Assembly: GCA_003558085.1 (NCBI GenBank)
Contig: PWMT01000055.1
Coordinates: 1-43,099, forward strand
DNA: 43,099 nt
Source: Methanobacteriaceae archaeon
Lineage (GTDB): Archaea; Methanobacteriota; Methanobacteria; Methanobacteriales; Methanobacteriaceae
Direction of reading: 5' to 3'
Shown: piece after piece, positions 32,523 to 42,048 of the stretch
How positions within the stretch are numbered: the first letter of the stretch is position 1
Layout of the letters: every line of letters begins with the position of its first letter
Notes under the pieces: generated by a model
Seen by the model: the letters and a program-made list of their open reading frames with translations, nothing else
Told to the model about the DNA's origin: nothing
Databases searched by the model: none
Made by a program: the position numbers and the translations under genes

Positions 32523-33347
32523 TTAGCGAACCCCCTCCATTTCAACCATCAAGTCTAATAAGTCTGTTTTAGTAATGATACCTACTAATTTTTCATCTTC
32601 ATCAATAACTGGAAATCCGCTGAATCCTTTATCCAACATCATTTGTGCAGCTTGAACTATAGTAGATTTAGCAGAGATGGTATCTACATTTTGAGTCATA
32701 ACGTCTTCTACCAGTAAATTACGTATACGGGCAGATTGATGTTTATCCGGCACTAATTTTCGGAAGGACATCATTGATTTAGCAATATCTTTAGCCGTAA
32801 TTATACCAGCCAATAATTTTCCTTCCATGACTAGTAAACGTCCTACATTCGAATCTAGAATTAGTCTTCGAGCATGTACAATTCGTTCCTGTGGATCTAA
32901 AGATATTATATCTGTGCTCATTACCTCCTCTACCAATTTATTTTCATAGGCGTTTCCCCGGCAATTATCAATGAAATCAGATTTAGTGATCATTCCCACC
33001 ATTTCTCCGTCTTCCATTACCGGTAAACCACCTATATAATTTTCTAACATCATATTAGCTGCGTTTCCTAAGTCAGTTTCAGGTTCAACAGTGATTAATT
33101 CGTTATTCATTACAGTGGAAACATGAAAACGTGCTGGGGGTAAATTAGTAAATTTAGAGGATCCCAACTTCATAGCTATGTCTTTTTCAGTAACCATACC
33201 TACCAATGATTTGACATTATCCTTGTTGGTGTTCACCACAGGCAGACGAGAAACTTTATTTTTTTTCATTATTCTTAAGGCATCATGAACGTTTTGATCT
33301 TTATCTACCACCACGATATCTGATGACATAATATTTTTTATTTGCAT
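32523..33347 (-). CDS. Four-CBS-domain protein
   Basis: Repeated M...V/LPV/G.IT..D CBS motifs. ATG 33347 follows AGGGGA. Confidence 0.9.
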   Translation of the reverse strand: MQIKNIMSSDIVVVDKDQNVHDALRIMKKNKVSRLPVVNTNKDNVKSLVGMVTEKDIAMKLGSSKFTNLPPARFHVSTVMNNELITVEPETDLGNAANMMLENYIGGLPVMEDGEMVGMITKSDFIDNCRGNAYENKLVEEVMSTDIISLDPQERIVHARRLILDSNVGRLLVMEGKLLAGIITAKDIAKSMMSFRKLVPDKHQSARIRNLLVEDVMTQNVDTISAKSTIVQAAQMMLDKGFSGFPVIDEDEKLVGIITKTDLLDLMVEMEGVR

Positions 33348-33436
33348 TCCAAATCCCCTGATCAATTTTTTTTATATAATCTAACCAAAAATGTGGGAAA
33401 TGTTCCCTTCCAAAGCCTAATAAAAGATTTACTCAT

Positions 33437-34276
33437 TCACTGAATTCCTTTGATAATATCAGTTTTGGTTATAATACCTACCAATTCATCATTTCTAACC
33501 ACAGGCAAACCACTTATATCCTCTTTCAGCATTAATTTAGAAGCTTCTAAAGAATCAGCATTCTCTCCAACAACTAAGAGATGATTACTCATTACATCCC
33601 GGGCAGTTAACATGGAAATCATTTTAACAATCTTTTTTTCTTCCCCATCTATTTGTCGAAAAAAATAAACCTTTTCCATATTAACTCCTGTTCCCGGATC
33701 TTCGACGTAAGCCAAAGAAATATTTTTAGAAGTAATTATACCTATTGGCATACTATTTCTATTGACTACAATTCTTCCGATTTTTTTTTCTTCCATTAAA
33801 TTTATCACATGATTAATACTATGATTTTCAGCTACTGTGATCACTTCAGGTGTCATTAAATCTGCTATTTTCCATTTCCCTGCAAATTTTTGTACATAAA
33901 CTTCAAGTAGATCAGTTTTAGTTAAAATTCCAGCCAATCCTTCATCATCAACCACAATTAATGAGCTAACATCATTTTTAAGCATGCGATCTACTGCTTG
34001 TTTAATATTCTCTTCTGGTGAAATAGTAATTAAATTGGAATTCATGGCCCTTTTTATAGAGATTTTATCAATAGGCCTTTTTTTCCAGTTAGGACCTTCT
34101 CTCCCCATTTTATGAGTTATATCTTTTTCTGATATTATGCCAACTGGTTTTTCATCTGAATTTAATACAACTATACGACTGAATCCATGTTTAAGCATTA
34201 GATTTCGTGCATAGGCCACTTGTTCAGTATCCTGAACAACCACAACATAATCACTCATTACATCTTTTACTTGCAT
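33437..34276 (-). CDS. Four-CBS-domain protein
   Basis: Four CBS repeats, ending LVGIITKTDI. ATG 34276 follows SD GGTGGTGA. Confidence 0.9.
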   Translation of the reverse strand: MQVKDVMSDYVVVVQDTEQVAYARNLMLKHGFSRIVVLNSDEKPVGIISEKDITHKMGREGPNWKKRPIDKISIKRAMNSNLITISPEENIKQAVDRMLKNDVSSLIVVDDEGLAGILTKTDLLEVYVQKFAGKWKIADLMTPEVITVAENHSINHVINLMEEKKIGRIVVNRNSMPIGIITSKNISLAYVEDPGTGVNMEKVYFFRQIDGEEKKIVKMISMLTARDVMSNHLLVVGENADSLEASKLMLKEDISGLPVVRNDELVGIITKTDIIKGIQ

Positions 34277-34307
34277 CAAATCACCACCTGTATTAATAGT
34301 TTTAAAA

Positions 34308-35246
34308 TTATTTAAGGGCATCTAAGATATCTCTTTCTGTAATAATCCCTACTAATTCATTGTTTTTAACTACCGGTAAACCCCCCAATCCTTCTTCTTC
34401 CATAATATCGCAGACCCCCCCTAAGGTAGTGTTGGGAGTGGTGGTAATTAGTTCTTTTTCCATTATATCCGTAATTGTAGTATTGAGTATTTCTTCAGCA
34501 CTGTTAGAAACCATATTATTGAAGGCTTTACTTTCACCTAAAAATTTTAGGATGTCTGTGGAAGTAATTAAACCCGCTAATTTTTCTTTTTCTGGATGGG
34601 GAGTTTTCCTATCTTCCCCTACCACTGGTATCCTACGCAATCGGTTACGTACCATTATTTTAGATGCTCCCTCTATAGGAGTGCCGGGGGTAGTGGAAAT
34701 AACATCTGTAGACATGAAATCTTCAACTTTTTCATCAGTTAAAAGCCCTGCCAGTAAGAAAACAAAATCCCTTTCTGTTACTATGCCCACTATATTTTCT
34801 TCAGAGTCAATTACCGGAAGGCCTCCAACTCCACATTCCATTATCTTGGTTACTGCTTGGTTTACAGAATCTTTATAGGATAAATGATAAACTTCTCTGG
34901 TCATTATTTTCTTAACTGATTCATTTATCGCAGCTAGAAAATTATCCTCATACTTTTCTTCCACTATCTTGAACTTTTCTCCACCACCCAAAAAGTCCAG
35001 AATATCCATGGAAGTAACAATTCCTAGCAACTTTCCAGTTCCAGGATCAGTGATGGGTAACCTTCTAAATTTATTGGCTACCATTATTTCAGCAACTTCT
35101 TTAATGGTGGCAGTTTGAGGAATAGTCACCACCTCTTTTTTGGCGATGCTCATTATATCGCCATCATGCTGGAAAGTTCTGGTCTCAAATTCTACAGGAC
35201 CTCTGTCCATAGATTTCACTATGTTTACGGTATCTTTTTTTCTCAT
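34308..35246 (-). CDS. Four-CBS-domain protein
   Basis: RRLPI, GIVTSMD, GGLPV and GIITERD repeats. SD GAGGTG. Confidence 0.9.
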   Translation of the reverse strand: MRKKDTVNIVKSMDRGPVEFETRTFQHDGDIMSIAKKEVVTIPQTATIKEVAEIMVANKFRRLPITDPGTGKLLGIVTSMDILDFLGGGEKFKIVEEKYEDNFLAAINESVKKIMTREVYHLSYKDSVNQAVTKIMECGVGGLPVIDSEENIVGIVTERDFVFLLAGLLTDEKVEDFMSTDVISTTPGTPIEGASKIMVRNRLRRIPVVGEDRKTPHPEKEKLAGLITSTDILKFLGESKAFNNMVSNSAEEILNTTITDIMEKELITTTPNTTLGGVCDIMEEEGLGGLPVVKNNELVGIITERDILDALK

Positions 35247-35350
35247 TTATACACCTCTCTGGGAGATATAGATATAAAAGTCAGATCTAAATTGAATAGC
35301 AATTTTAAAGACTTAAAATATTTTTCTAGATTTAAATTTCTGGTAGGCCA

Positions 35351-35396
35351 GCAACATAACTTGCTTTTTCTCCAGACAATAGTTAATAAAGTTTTC
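35351..35396 (-). promoter_or_regulatory. Internal BRE-TATA promoter for the downstream CBS-rnl-pheA genes, with a palindrome at the predicted TSS
   Basis: Minus-strand GAAAAC-TTTATTAA at 35396-35383. AGCAA-N6-TTGCT inverted repeat at 35350-35365. Confidence 0.5.
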
Positions 35397-35541
35397 TTAG
35401 TAATACTGCTTGTTTTATTTTTCATATTAACGGTGGGGTTACCTGCTGATATATATTCACAATCAATAAGATTCGATTCAGGGCTAAGGAAAAAAGACAT
35501 GAATTTTATCCTGAATCTTCCAATATCCTTTTTTAAATAAA

Positions 35542-36363
35542 TCAAGATATATACGACCCCAAAATGTCTTCTCTTGAAGCTATACCCACCAATTCTGATT
35601 CTTTTGAACTATAAGGCTCATTTTTTATGAAAACTGGATTTTTAACTACAGGTAGTCTTCCAATGTCCTTTTTAATCATCAAATCTGCAGCCTCTTCAAC
35701 TGGCATATCAGCAGTACCCACTAAGGGAGGGGTCTTCATCAATTTTTCTATCTTGATCGAACGTTTACCATGTTCAGTTTCAGAGCCTGTGCTTACATGA
35801 CGAGCTTTTATTAGATCTTTTCTGGTAATGATTCCAATTAATTTACCCTTTTTTAAAACAGGCAGTCCAGAATAGCCAGAATCGTCCATTTGATTCCATA
35901 CCTTAGAAATTGGATCTTGGTGGTCGCAAGATACTACATTTGGGGTATAAATTTCCTCTAAAGTTTTCTTTTGAGGTTCAACATTAGCTTTTAGAAGTCC
36001 TAGTAAAATGTCAACTATGCTCACTATTCCTATCAATTTTAAATTGGTAGTTGACTCAACTACAGGGGCTTGTATTTCCAGAGCAGATAATAAGGCTTTG
36101 CCAGCTCCAAATATGTCCATTTCTGGCATTAAAATAACTTTAGGTCGTCTCATAATACCTCGGGCTTCAATATTAGATTTAGTTGTAGAGATATTCAATA
36201 AGTCGCCTCTGGTAATTAAACCTTCCAAATGTCCCCCGTTTACAACAGGAATGCATCTAAAATCCTCGTCTCTTAAGATTGAACGCACTCTAGTAGCGCT
36301 GGTATCTAAAGAAACAGTTACTGGGTTAGAGGTCATTATATCTTCCACAATCAAATTATTCAC
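35542..36363 (-). CDS. Four-CBS-domain protein
   Basis: CBS repeats (GLITRGD, SGLPV, GIITRKD, GRLPV). GTG start overlaps the upstream gene. Confidence 0.9.
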   Translation of the reverse strand: MNNLIVEDIMTSNPVTVSLDTSATRVRSILRDEDFRCIPVVNGGHLEGLITRGDLLNISTTKSNIEARGIMRRPKVILMPEMDIFGAGKALLSALEIQAPVVESTTNLKLIGIVSIVDILLGLLKANVEPQKKTLEEIYTPNVVSCDHQDPISKVWNQMDDSGYSGLPVLKKGKLIGIITRKDLIKARHVSTGSETEHGKRSIKIEKLMKTPPLVGTADMPVEEAADLMIKKDIGRLPVVKNPVFIKNEPYSSKESELVGIASREDILGSYIS

Positions 36364-36919
36364 CCTCTAAATCTTCTTTACATTCATCACATAAAAATTT
36401 TCCATCAAATTCATCAAGGTATTCCATAAAATTACCACAACTTTCACAGGCGCCTGGTACAGGTCTTTCATTAGTAGTTAAATTCACTTGATTTTCTTCC
36501 ATGCGGGCATTAACTACTAATATTTCAGTTAGTTCTGGAGAAACAGCCATCACATCACTAGAAGTTAATATACCAACTAAGACTCCATCTTTAACTACAG
36601 GCAATCTTCTAATATTGCTTTTAGCCATTAAACGAGCTGCTTCATTCAATTCCTTTCCAGGATCGATTACAATAAGATTTTTAGTCATAACTTGGCCAAT
36701 GGTGATATCACTGGCACTAATATCTTTAGAAACAACTTTTCGAATAATATCACTTTCAGTTATAACTCCTTCAGGTCCCGCATTGGTCTTTATAATTAGA
36801 CTACCAACCTTCATTTTGGTCATAAGTAATGCTGCATCAGCAATACTCAGTTTAGGGTCTACAGTAAAAATATTTGAAGTCATGGCATCGTGTACTGTCA
36901 CTTTAGTTTCTATTTCCAT
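36356..36919 (-). CDS. CBS-pair protein with C-terminal zinc ribbon
   Basis: Two CBS repeats plus GACESCG...LCDEC. SD GGAGGT. Confidence 0.9.
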   Translation of the reverse strand: MEIETKVTVHDAMTSNIFTVDPKLSIADAALLMTKMKVGSLIIKTNAGPEGVITESDIIRKVVSKDISASDITIGQVMTKNLIVIDPGKELNEAARLMAKSNIRRLPVVKDGVLVGILTSSDVMAVSPELTEILVVNARMEENQVNLTTNERPVPGACESCGNFMEYLDEFDGKFLCDECKEDLEGE

Positions 36920-36931
36920 CTAAATAACCTC

Positions 36932-37633
36932 CTATCTGACCTTTAGAAGTTTATGTAACTGGGGGATGATGAAAACATCCATATATTTACCAGCTATTTC
37001 AGACATTTTCAATAGTTTAGGAGAGTGTTTAACCCAAAAGTCAAGTGGATATGACGGCTGAATTATCAATGAAACTTTTGATGGGTTGGAAAGTTCTTTG
37101 GTAAAATATTTAACCGTTTTCTCTATCATTGGCACCTTGGTTTGAGGTAACACTACTACCTTGCAATAAGTATTTGAATCTCGTTCTATTAATATGTTTA
37201 GGGAATCTAGTTCTCTCTCCCATAAATCACCCTTATCTTCATCTGCAAAATGTTCAGGTAGTTTTATATCAACTGAAGCATAATCAATTAAATCAGCAAT
37301 TTTGTTCATTTGAGAGGGTAGAGAACCGTTGGTCTCCAGCATATATTTATAATGATTTTTTTGCATAAATTTTTTAATAAAATCAGCTTGCAGAAGGGGT
37401 TCTCCTCCTGTAAATGAAATAGAATGAAAATCAGGAGTTAAAAGATTTTTAACTTTCCTAGATATTTCATCAATGGAAAATTCTTTTCCATTAGTAGCTT
37501 TTTTACTTTCTGGAGTATCACAATAGACACAATCTAAATTACACCCTGCAAAACGAATAAATATTTGTCTACGTCCAATAAGTTTTCCTTCACCTTGTAT
37601 ACTAGAAAAAACTTCAAAAATAGGTGCCTTCAT
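36932..37633 (-). CDS. queE: 7-carboxy-7-deazaguanine synthase (radical SAM)
   Basis: EVFSSIQGEG, FIRFAGCNLDCVYCDT, TGGEP, ETNG and PQLHK motifs. Confidence 0.93.
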   Translation of the reverse strand: MKAPIFEVFSSIQGEGKLIGRRQIFIRFAGCNLDCVYCDTPESKKATNGKEFSIDEISRKVKNLLTPDFHSISFTGGEPLLQADFIKKFMQKNHYKYMLETNGSLPSQMNKIADLIDYASVDIKLPEHFADEDKGDLWERELDSLNILIERDSNTYCKVVVLPQTKVPMIEKTVKYFTKELSNPSKVSLIIQPSYPLDFWVKHSPKLLKMSEIAGKYMDVFIIPQLHKLLKVR

Positions 37634-37713
37634 ATTAATATCTCCTATAATTAGCTTAGGAGCTAAATTATTTACCCTAATTCGTGAGTTTTAAATATGC
37701 TTGACTTTTAACA

Positions 37714-38196
37714 TTAATCATGGCTAATGGTATAGCAAGCACCTTGACCAATGCCCTCGTTAATGCAAATTTGTATAACAGATATGTCTGCTCCTTTTTC
37801 TTTTAATTTATCCCACAATATATCTGCAAAATATATAGAAAGATCTTCAGCAGATGTGGATGGTATAGGCAGAAGGATACAATCCTGGATCGGTAATTTA
37901 TATTCTTTATCACTAATATTAAATTCCACAGACCCTTCTAAGGATTTAAATAAAATTGAGTCATTTTCTAATGGAATTAACAATTTATGATCCAGCTGCG
38001 AACATATTTCTTTGACTTGACTTTTTAATTCCTTAAAATCTACTACAAAACCAAATTTTCCTGATCGCTTGCCTTCTAAGTGAACATCAACATGATAAGA
38101 ATGGCCATGAATACAACCACAGGAATCGTGTTCTGGTATCATGTGTGCTGATGAGAATCTTAAATTAGCATGTATGCCATTAATAATAATTTTCAT
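37714..38196 (-). CDS. queD: 6-carboxy-5,6,7,8-tetrahydropterin synthase
   Basis: FSSAH, C..IHGHSY, VVDF, LDH, TSAE and E motifs. Upstream of queE. Confidence 0.9.
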   Translation of the reverse strand: MKIIINGIHANLRFSSAHMIPEHDSCGCIHGHSYHVDVHLEGKRSGKFGFVVDFKELKSQVKEICSQLDHKLLIPLENDSILFKSLEGSVEFNISDKEYKLPIQDCILLPIPSTSAEDLSIYFADILWDKLKEKGADISVIQICINEGIGQGACYTISHD

Positions 38197-38301
38197 GATT
38201 TAAACCTTCAATTACAATAATTCTAATATAATACTTAAAGCTAAGTTTTCATAAAAAGAGCAGTAGTTCATTAGCACTACTGTTGTTAATTATATTGGAA
38301 T

Positions 38302-38317
38302 TTTATATATCTTATTT
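38302..38317 (-). promoter_or_regulatory. Putative queD-queE promoter
   Basis: Minus-strand AAATAAG-ATATATAAA. Predicted TSS about 38281, giving a leader of about 85 nt. Confidence 0.5.
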
Positions 38318-38447
38318 GTAGATAGTTAAATATTCGCTAATTTATAAAATTAAAAATTAACCTTTTCTAAATATTTTTACTATTAACTAAGCTAGAATTA
38401 TAAAAATGAGTTAGAATAGTAATTGAATTTTAATTTAGAATAGAAGT

Positions 38448-39026
38448 TTATAATACACGAGTTTTGGAAATATCTTGTTCAATTGAATCTATTTCTCTAA
38501 TATATGCTAGGGAAACATTTTCTTGTAACCTGATTACCTCTTTTAAAGTTATCATTGGATTTTCTTCCATAATTCCAGCTGTTTTTATATCTTCAGGAGT
38601 TCCCAGGTTATTTAGATTAATCCCTAGATGAATTTTCATACTATTTAGAGTTACAGTGGCAATGGATACACTTAATTTAGCAGAATTTATATAAAGATCG
38701 TCTCCATCTCTAGAACAATAGATATCCCCTTTTTGAAGTTCATCTTTTAAAATCATCACTAATATCCTCTGCCGGTGATAACATGTTCTTAAATTGGCAG
38801 GCTGACAATCAAATTGTTCCACCATAAAATGAGCCATCTGATCTGATCTGATTTCTAATTCCAGGTCTTCATAATCAATTACTTTATCTTTGTGTATATT
38901 CATGGGGCCAATCCAAGTAATTATATTAGGCCCTTTTATGCCAAATTCTCTTAGAGCCCAGGATGCCTCTATCTGACTACCATCATAGTTGATGTTATGT
39001 TTGAGATGTTTATGAATCATTTTCAT
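38448..39026 (-). CDS. DUF366 family protein (BPL/LplA-like fold)
   Basis: YDGSQI, D.ED, HF.VE.FD, R.GDDLY, KLSVSIAT and IHLGIN motifs. Confidence 0.88.
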   Translation of the reverse strand: MKMIHKHLKHNINYDGSQIEASWALREFGIKGPNIITWIGPMNIHKDKVIDYEDLELEIRSDQMAHFMVEQFDCQPANLRTCYHRQRILVMILKDELQKGDIYCSRDGDDLYINSAKLSVSIATVTLNSMKIHLGINLNNLGTPEDIKTAGIMEENPMITLKEVIRLQENVSLAYIREIDSIEQDISKTRVL

Positions 39027-39147
39027 ATTATAATTACCTTGCTCTTTAAATAAGATACTCTAACTGATGATTAGTCATAATGATATTTAAGATATTAATA
39101 CTTATAGGTGTATTATAAAGAATTATTGATTAATGGAGACAACCTTA

Positions 39148-39540
39148 TTATCTAAGGATTACCAGTTCTTTGTAACCTGTTTTTGGATCAAATATTCTCC
39201 TAAAAGTTCCTTTGTATTCCAAAATACCTATCTCCACAGTAGTGTATACTTTGCAGCCAGTTTTTAAATGACCTCCGACCACATTACCATTTTTATCAGC
39301 TAAAGCCAAATGTATATGAATACCGTCAGCTGAAACAGAACCAGAAGCACATAATATCTCTAAGGGACCGTTGATCTTTTTTATATTAGCATTCGACATT
39401 CTCAAAACTGCTTTTTGAAGGCTTCCCACTGCACAAACAATAAATCCGGCTTTTAAATTATTTTTTATTTGAATATTATTTATTTCGCCTTTAAGATCAG
39501 TATTAGGCAATATTCTATCAACTAACATATTAACTAACAT
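39148..39540 (-). CDS. PPC/DUF296 domain protein
   Basis: AVGSL, LEIL..SG, HIHLALAD..G.V.GGHL and T.EI motifs. Start is ATG 39540 or 39528, not 39597. Confidence 0.88.
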   Translation of the reverse strand: MLVNMLVDRILPNTDLKGEINNIQIKNNLKAGFIVCAVGSLQKAVLRMSNANIKKINGPLEILCASGSVSADGIHIHLALADKNGNVVGGHLKTGCKVYTTVEIGILEYKGTFRRIFDPKTGYKELVILR

Positions 39541-39571
39541 ATATAATAAGGTCTTTTCACATTTATTAATT

Positions 39572-40588
39572 ATGAAAGTCCGAACTCGCGATTTCATTTA
39601 TACCTTAGATGACTTGTACTTTGCCACCACTTCTTATCTGCATCCGCCAGAGAGAATAGTGGCCTTTTTACGCTATATTCCTCATGAAAAAGGGGAAAGG
39701 TTTAAAAATGGTATAAGATATTCTAAAGTGGATTCTAATCAAGCCTATGATTTTTTAGAAAAAAATTATCCCCACTACTTATATAAATGTGAAAATAAAC
39801 AGAAGCCGATGATGGGGGTACCTTTAGATAGAGTAAAGCAAATTTTAAAACCTGAAATTCGTTTAAAAGAAATTATGACCAAAAATCCTTCTCTTCCATT
39901 ATTAAAAAAAGTAATAAAAATTGCTGATACATTTAATAAATATGCGGATATCCCCTATAATTGCATGGGAATTTCAGGGTCAATTTTACCAGGATTATAT
40001 GACACCTTTAATTCTGATATTGATTTTGTCATTTATGGTTTAAAATATCATCACCAGGCCCGTGAAACTTTTAAAAAAATGAAAGATAAAGAATTTTTCC
40101 AAAGTATTAGTGATGATTACTGGAAAAAAATATACAAAAAAAGGATTAAAGATTCTTCTCTATCTTTTGAAGAATTTTGCTGGTATGAAAAGCGAAAAAA
40201 TAATAGAGGGCTTATCCAAGGCACATTATTTGATATTTTAGCTACTAGAGAATGGGATGAGATAAATGCAGACGATTTTAATAAACGATATGACGATCTT
40301 GGTCCCGTTTATGTAGAAGCCACGGTCACTGATTCCTTAGCTTCATTTGATAATCCTGCTATCTATGAAATAAACCAGGTTAAGATAATTGAAGGGTGTG
40401 AAGTCCCCATAAATCAGATAGCATGTTTTACACATACTTATGCTGGTCAAGCCTTTGAAGGTGAAGAAGTTATTGTAAAAGGTAAATTAGAAAAAGTTAC
40501 AGGGTCTGATGAAACTTACAGAATCGTGGTTGGTACTACTAGAGAATCTATAGATGAATTCATAAAATTGAAGGATTTAAAGATGTGA
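39572..40588 (+). CDS. Archaeal Pol-beta-superfamily nucleotidyltransferase (COG1665-like)
   Basis: R.RDF, HP......LRY and GISGS.L.GL....SDIDF.IYG motifs, plus a C-terminal OB-like segment (Y.GQ...GE....GKLE). Confidence 0.8.
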   Translation: MKVRTRDFIYTLDDLYFATTSYLHPPERIVAFLRYIPHEKGERFKNGIRYSKVDSNQAYDFLEKNYPHYLYKCENKQKPMMGVPLDRVKQILKPEIRLKEIMTKNPSLPLLKKVIKIADTFNKYADIPYNCMGISGSILPGLYDTFNSDIDFVIYGLKYHHQARETFKKMKDKEFFQSISDDYWKKIYKKRIKDSSLSFEEFCWYEKRKNNRGLIQGTLFDILATREWDEINADDFNKRYDDLGPVYVEATVTDSLASFDNPAIYEINQVKIIEGCEVPINQIACFTHTYAGQAFEGEEVIVKGKLEKVTGSDETYRIVVGTTRESIDEFIKLKDLKM

Positions 40589-40698
40589 ATATATAATAAT
40601 AATTAAAGAAGATGTTACTTGATTATTTAAGCAAATCGTTTAAATATTACTTTAGTTAATATTAATAATAATTATAGTTTTTTAATGAGGGATAATTC

Positions 40699-41991
40699 AT
40701 GGACAAACACTCCATAAATATGGGCTTAATTGGATTTGGAACTATTGGAACTGGTGTAGTTAAATTAATTAATGCAAATAAAGATTTAATTGAAAAAAAA
40801 GTTGGTAAGAATATTAATTTGAAAAAAATAGTGGATCTGGATATTGAAACTCCTCGAGGAGTTGAAGTAGATTCTAAAAAATTATCCACTAACGTCAATG
40901 ATGTTTTAGAAGATGAAGAAATAAGTATTGTTATTGAACTTATTGGTGGATATCAGCCTGCACTAGATTTTATCTTAAAGGCTTTAAAAAAAGGTAAACA
41001 TGTAGTCACAGCCAATAAGGCCCTCTTAGCCAAACACTGGGAAGAAATTATTGCTACCGCACAAGAAAATAAGGTGAGAATAGCTTTTGAAGCTAGTGTA
41101 GGAGGTGGAATACCGCTTCTAGAATCTTTAAACGAGAGTTTAGCGGCAAACCATATTCAATCCATTTATGGTATAATCAATGGTACCGCCAATTATATAC
41201 TTACAAAAATGACTCAAAATGGTTTGGATTTTAATTTAGCACTTAAACAAGCACAAGAAAAGGGATATGCTGAACAAGATCCAAGTTTTGATGTAGAAGG
41301 ATATGATACGGCCCAAAAATTAATTATCCTTACCCTTTTAGGATTCGGAGAATACATTGAACAGAATAAATTTCATGTAGAAGGTATAAGCCATATAACC
41401 CCGGAAGATATTATTTTTACCCTTAAAGAGTTAGGTTATGTTATAAAATTACTGGGAATTGCCCGTAAAATCGAAGACCAATTAGAGGTTCGGGTTCATC
41501 CCACTTTAATTCCTCAAGAACATCTCTTAGCATCGGTAAATGGTGTATTTAACGGAATTTATTTAGAAGGTGATGCAGTAGGTCCGGTTATGATGTATGG
41601 CCAAGGAGCCGGTAGCATGCCTACCGCCAGTGCTGTTCTAGGAGATTGTATAAATATAATTAGTAATCCCCAAAAAGAAATGATATACGGACCACCAAAA
41701 CCTGCCTTATCTTCCTTAAAGAATATGGACCAAATTTTGTCTAAATATTATATTAGATTAAAGGCTTTGGATAGTCCTGGAGTGCTGCATTCTATATCTG
41801 GTATTTTAAGCGAGCATGATATAAGTATTGAATCGGTAAGCCAGAGAAAAAAATCTAATGGACTGGGAGTACCCATTTTCATGGTAACCCATAAAGCTTT
41901 AGAAAAGGATTTAATCCAGGCCCTAACTAAAATTGATGAACTTGAAGAAATTCTAGAAAAAAGTGTGCTAATAAGGATCTTAGAAACTTAA
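40699..41991 (+). CDS. hom: Homoserine dehydrogenase with C-terminal ACT domain
   Basis: [45 protein letters not shown] and ACT D.PGVL motifs. Confidence 0.96.
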   Translation: MDKHSINMGLIGFGTIGTGVVKLINANKDLIEKKVGKNINLKKIVDLDIETPRGVEVDSKKLSTNVNDVLEDEEISIVIELIGGYQPALDFILKALKKGKHVVTANKALLAKHWEEIIATAQENKVRIAFEASVGGGIPLLESLNESLAANHIQSIYGIINGTANYILTKMTQNGLDFNLALKQAQEKGYAEQDPSFDVEGYDTAQKLIILTLLGFGEYIEQNKFHVEGISHITPEDIIFTLKELGYVIKLLGIARKIEDQLEVRVHPTLIPQEHLLASVNGVFNGIYLEGDAVGPVMMYGQGAGSMPTASAVLGDCINIISNPQKEMIYGPPKPALSSLKNMDQILSKYYIRLKALDSPGVLHSISGILSEHDISIESVSQRKKSNGLGVPIFMVTHKALEKDLIQALTKIDELEEILEKSVLIRILET

Positions 41992-42048
41992 TTTTTTTTT
42001 AATTCACTGGTAATAAAAAAATAATATAAAATATGAAAGTGATGAAAA

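Noticed and set aside
25359-35444. Shared AGGTAACCC(C)AC word at 25359-25369 (+) and 35444-35433 (-)
   Set aside because: Only two short occurrences in unrelated contexts, so chance cannot be excluded.
35243-35545. 100-aa minus-strand ORF exactly filling the gap between CBS genes, and the overlapping 141-aa plus-strand ORF
   Set aside because: No recognisable motif, no SD, atypical composition. The gap is better explained by a promoter and leader. Not fully excluded, because the ORF overlaps both neighbours by 4 nt.
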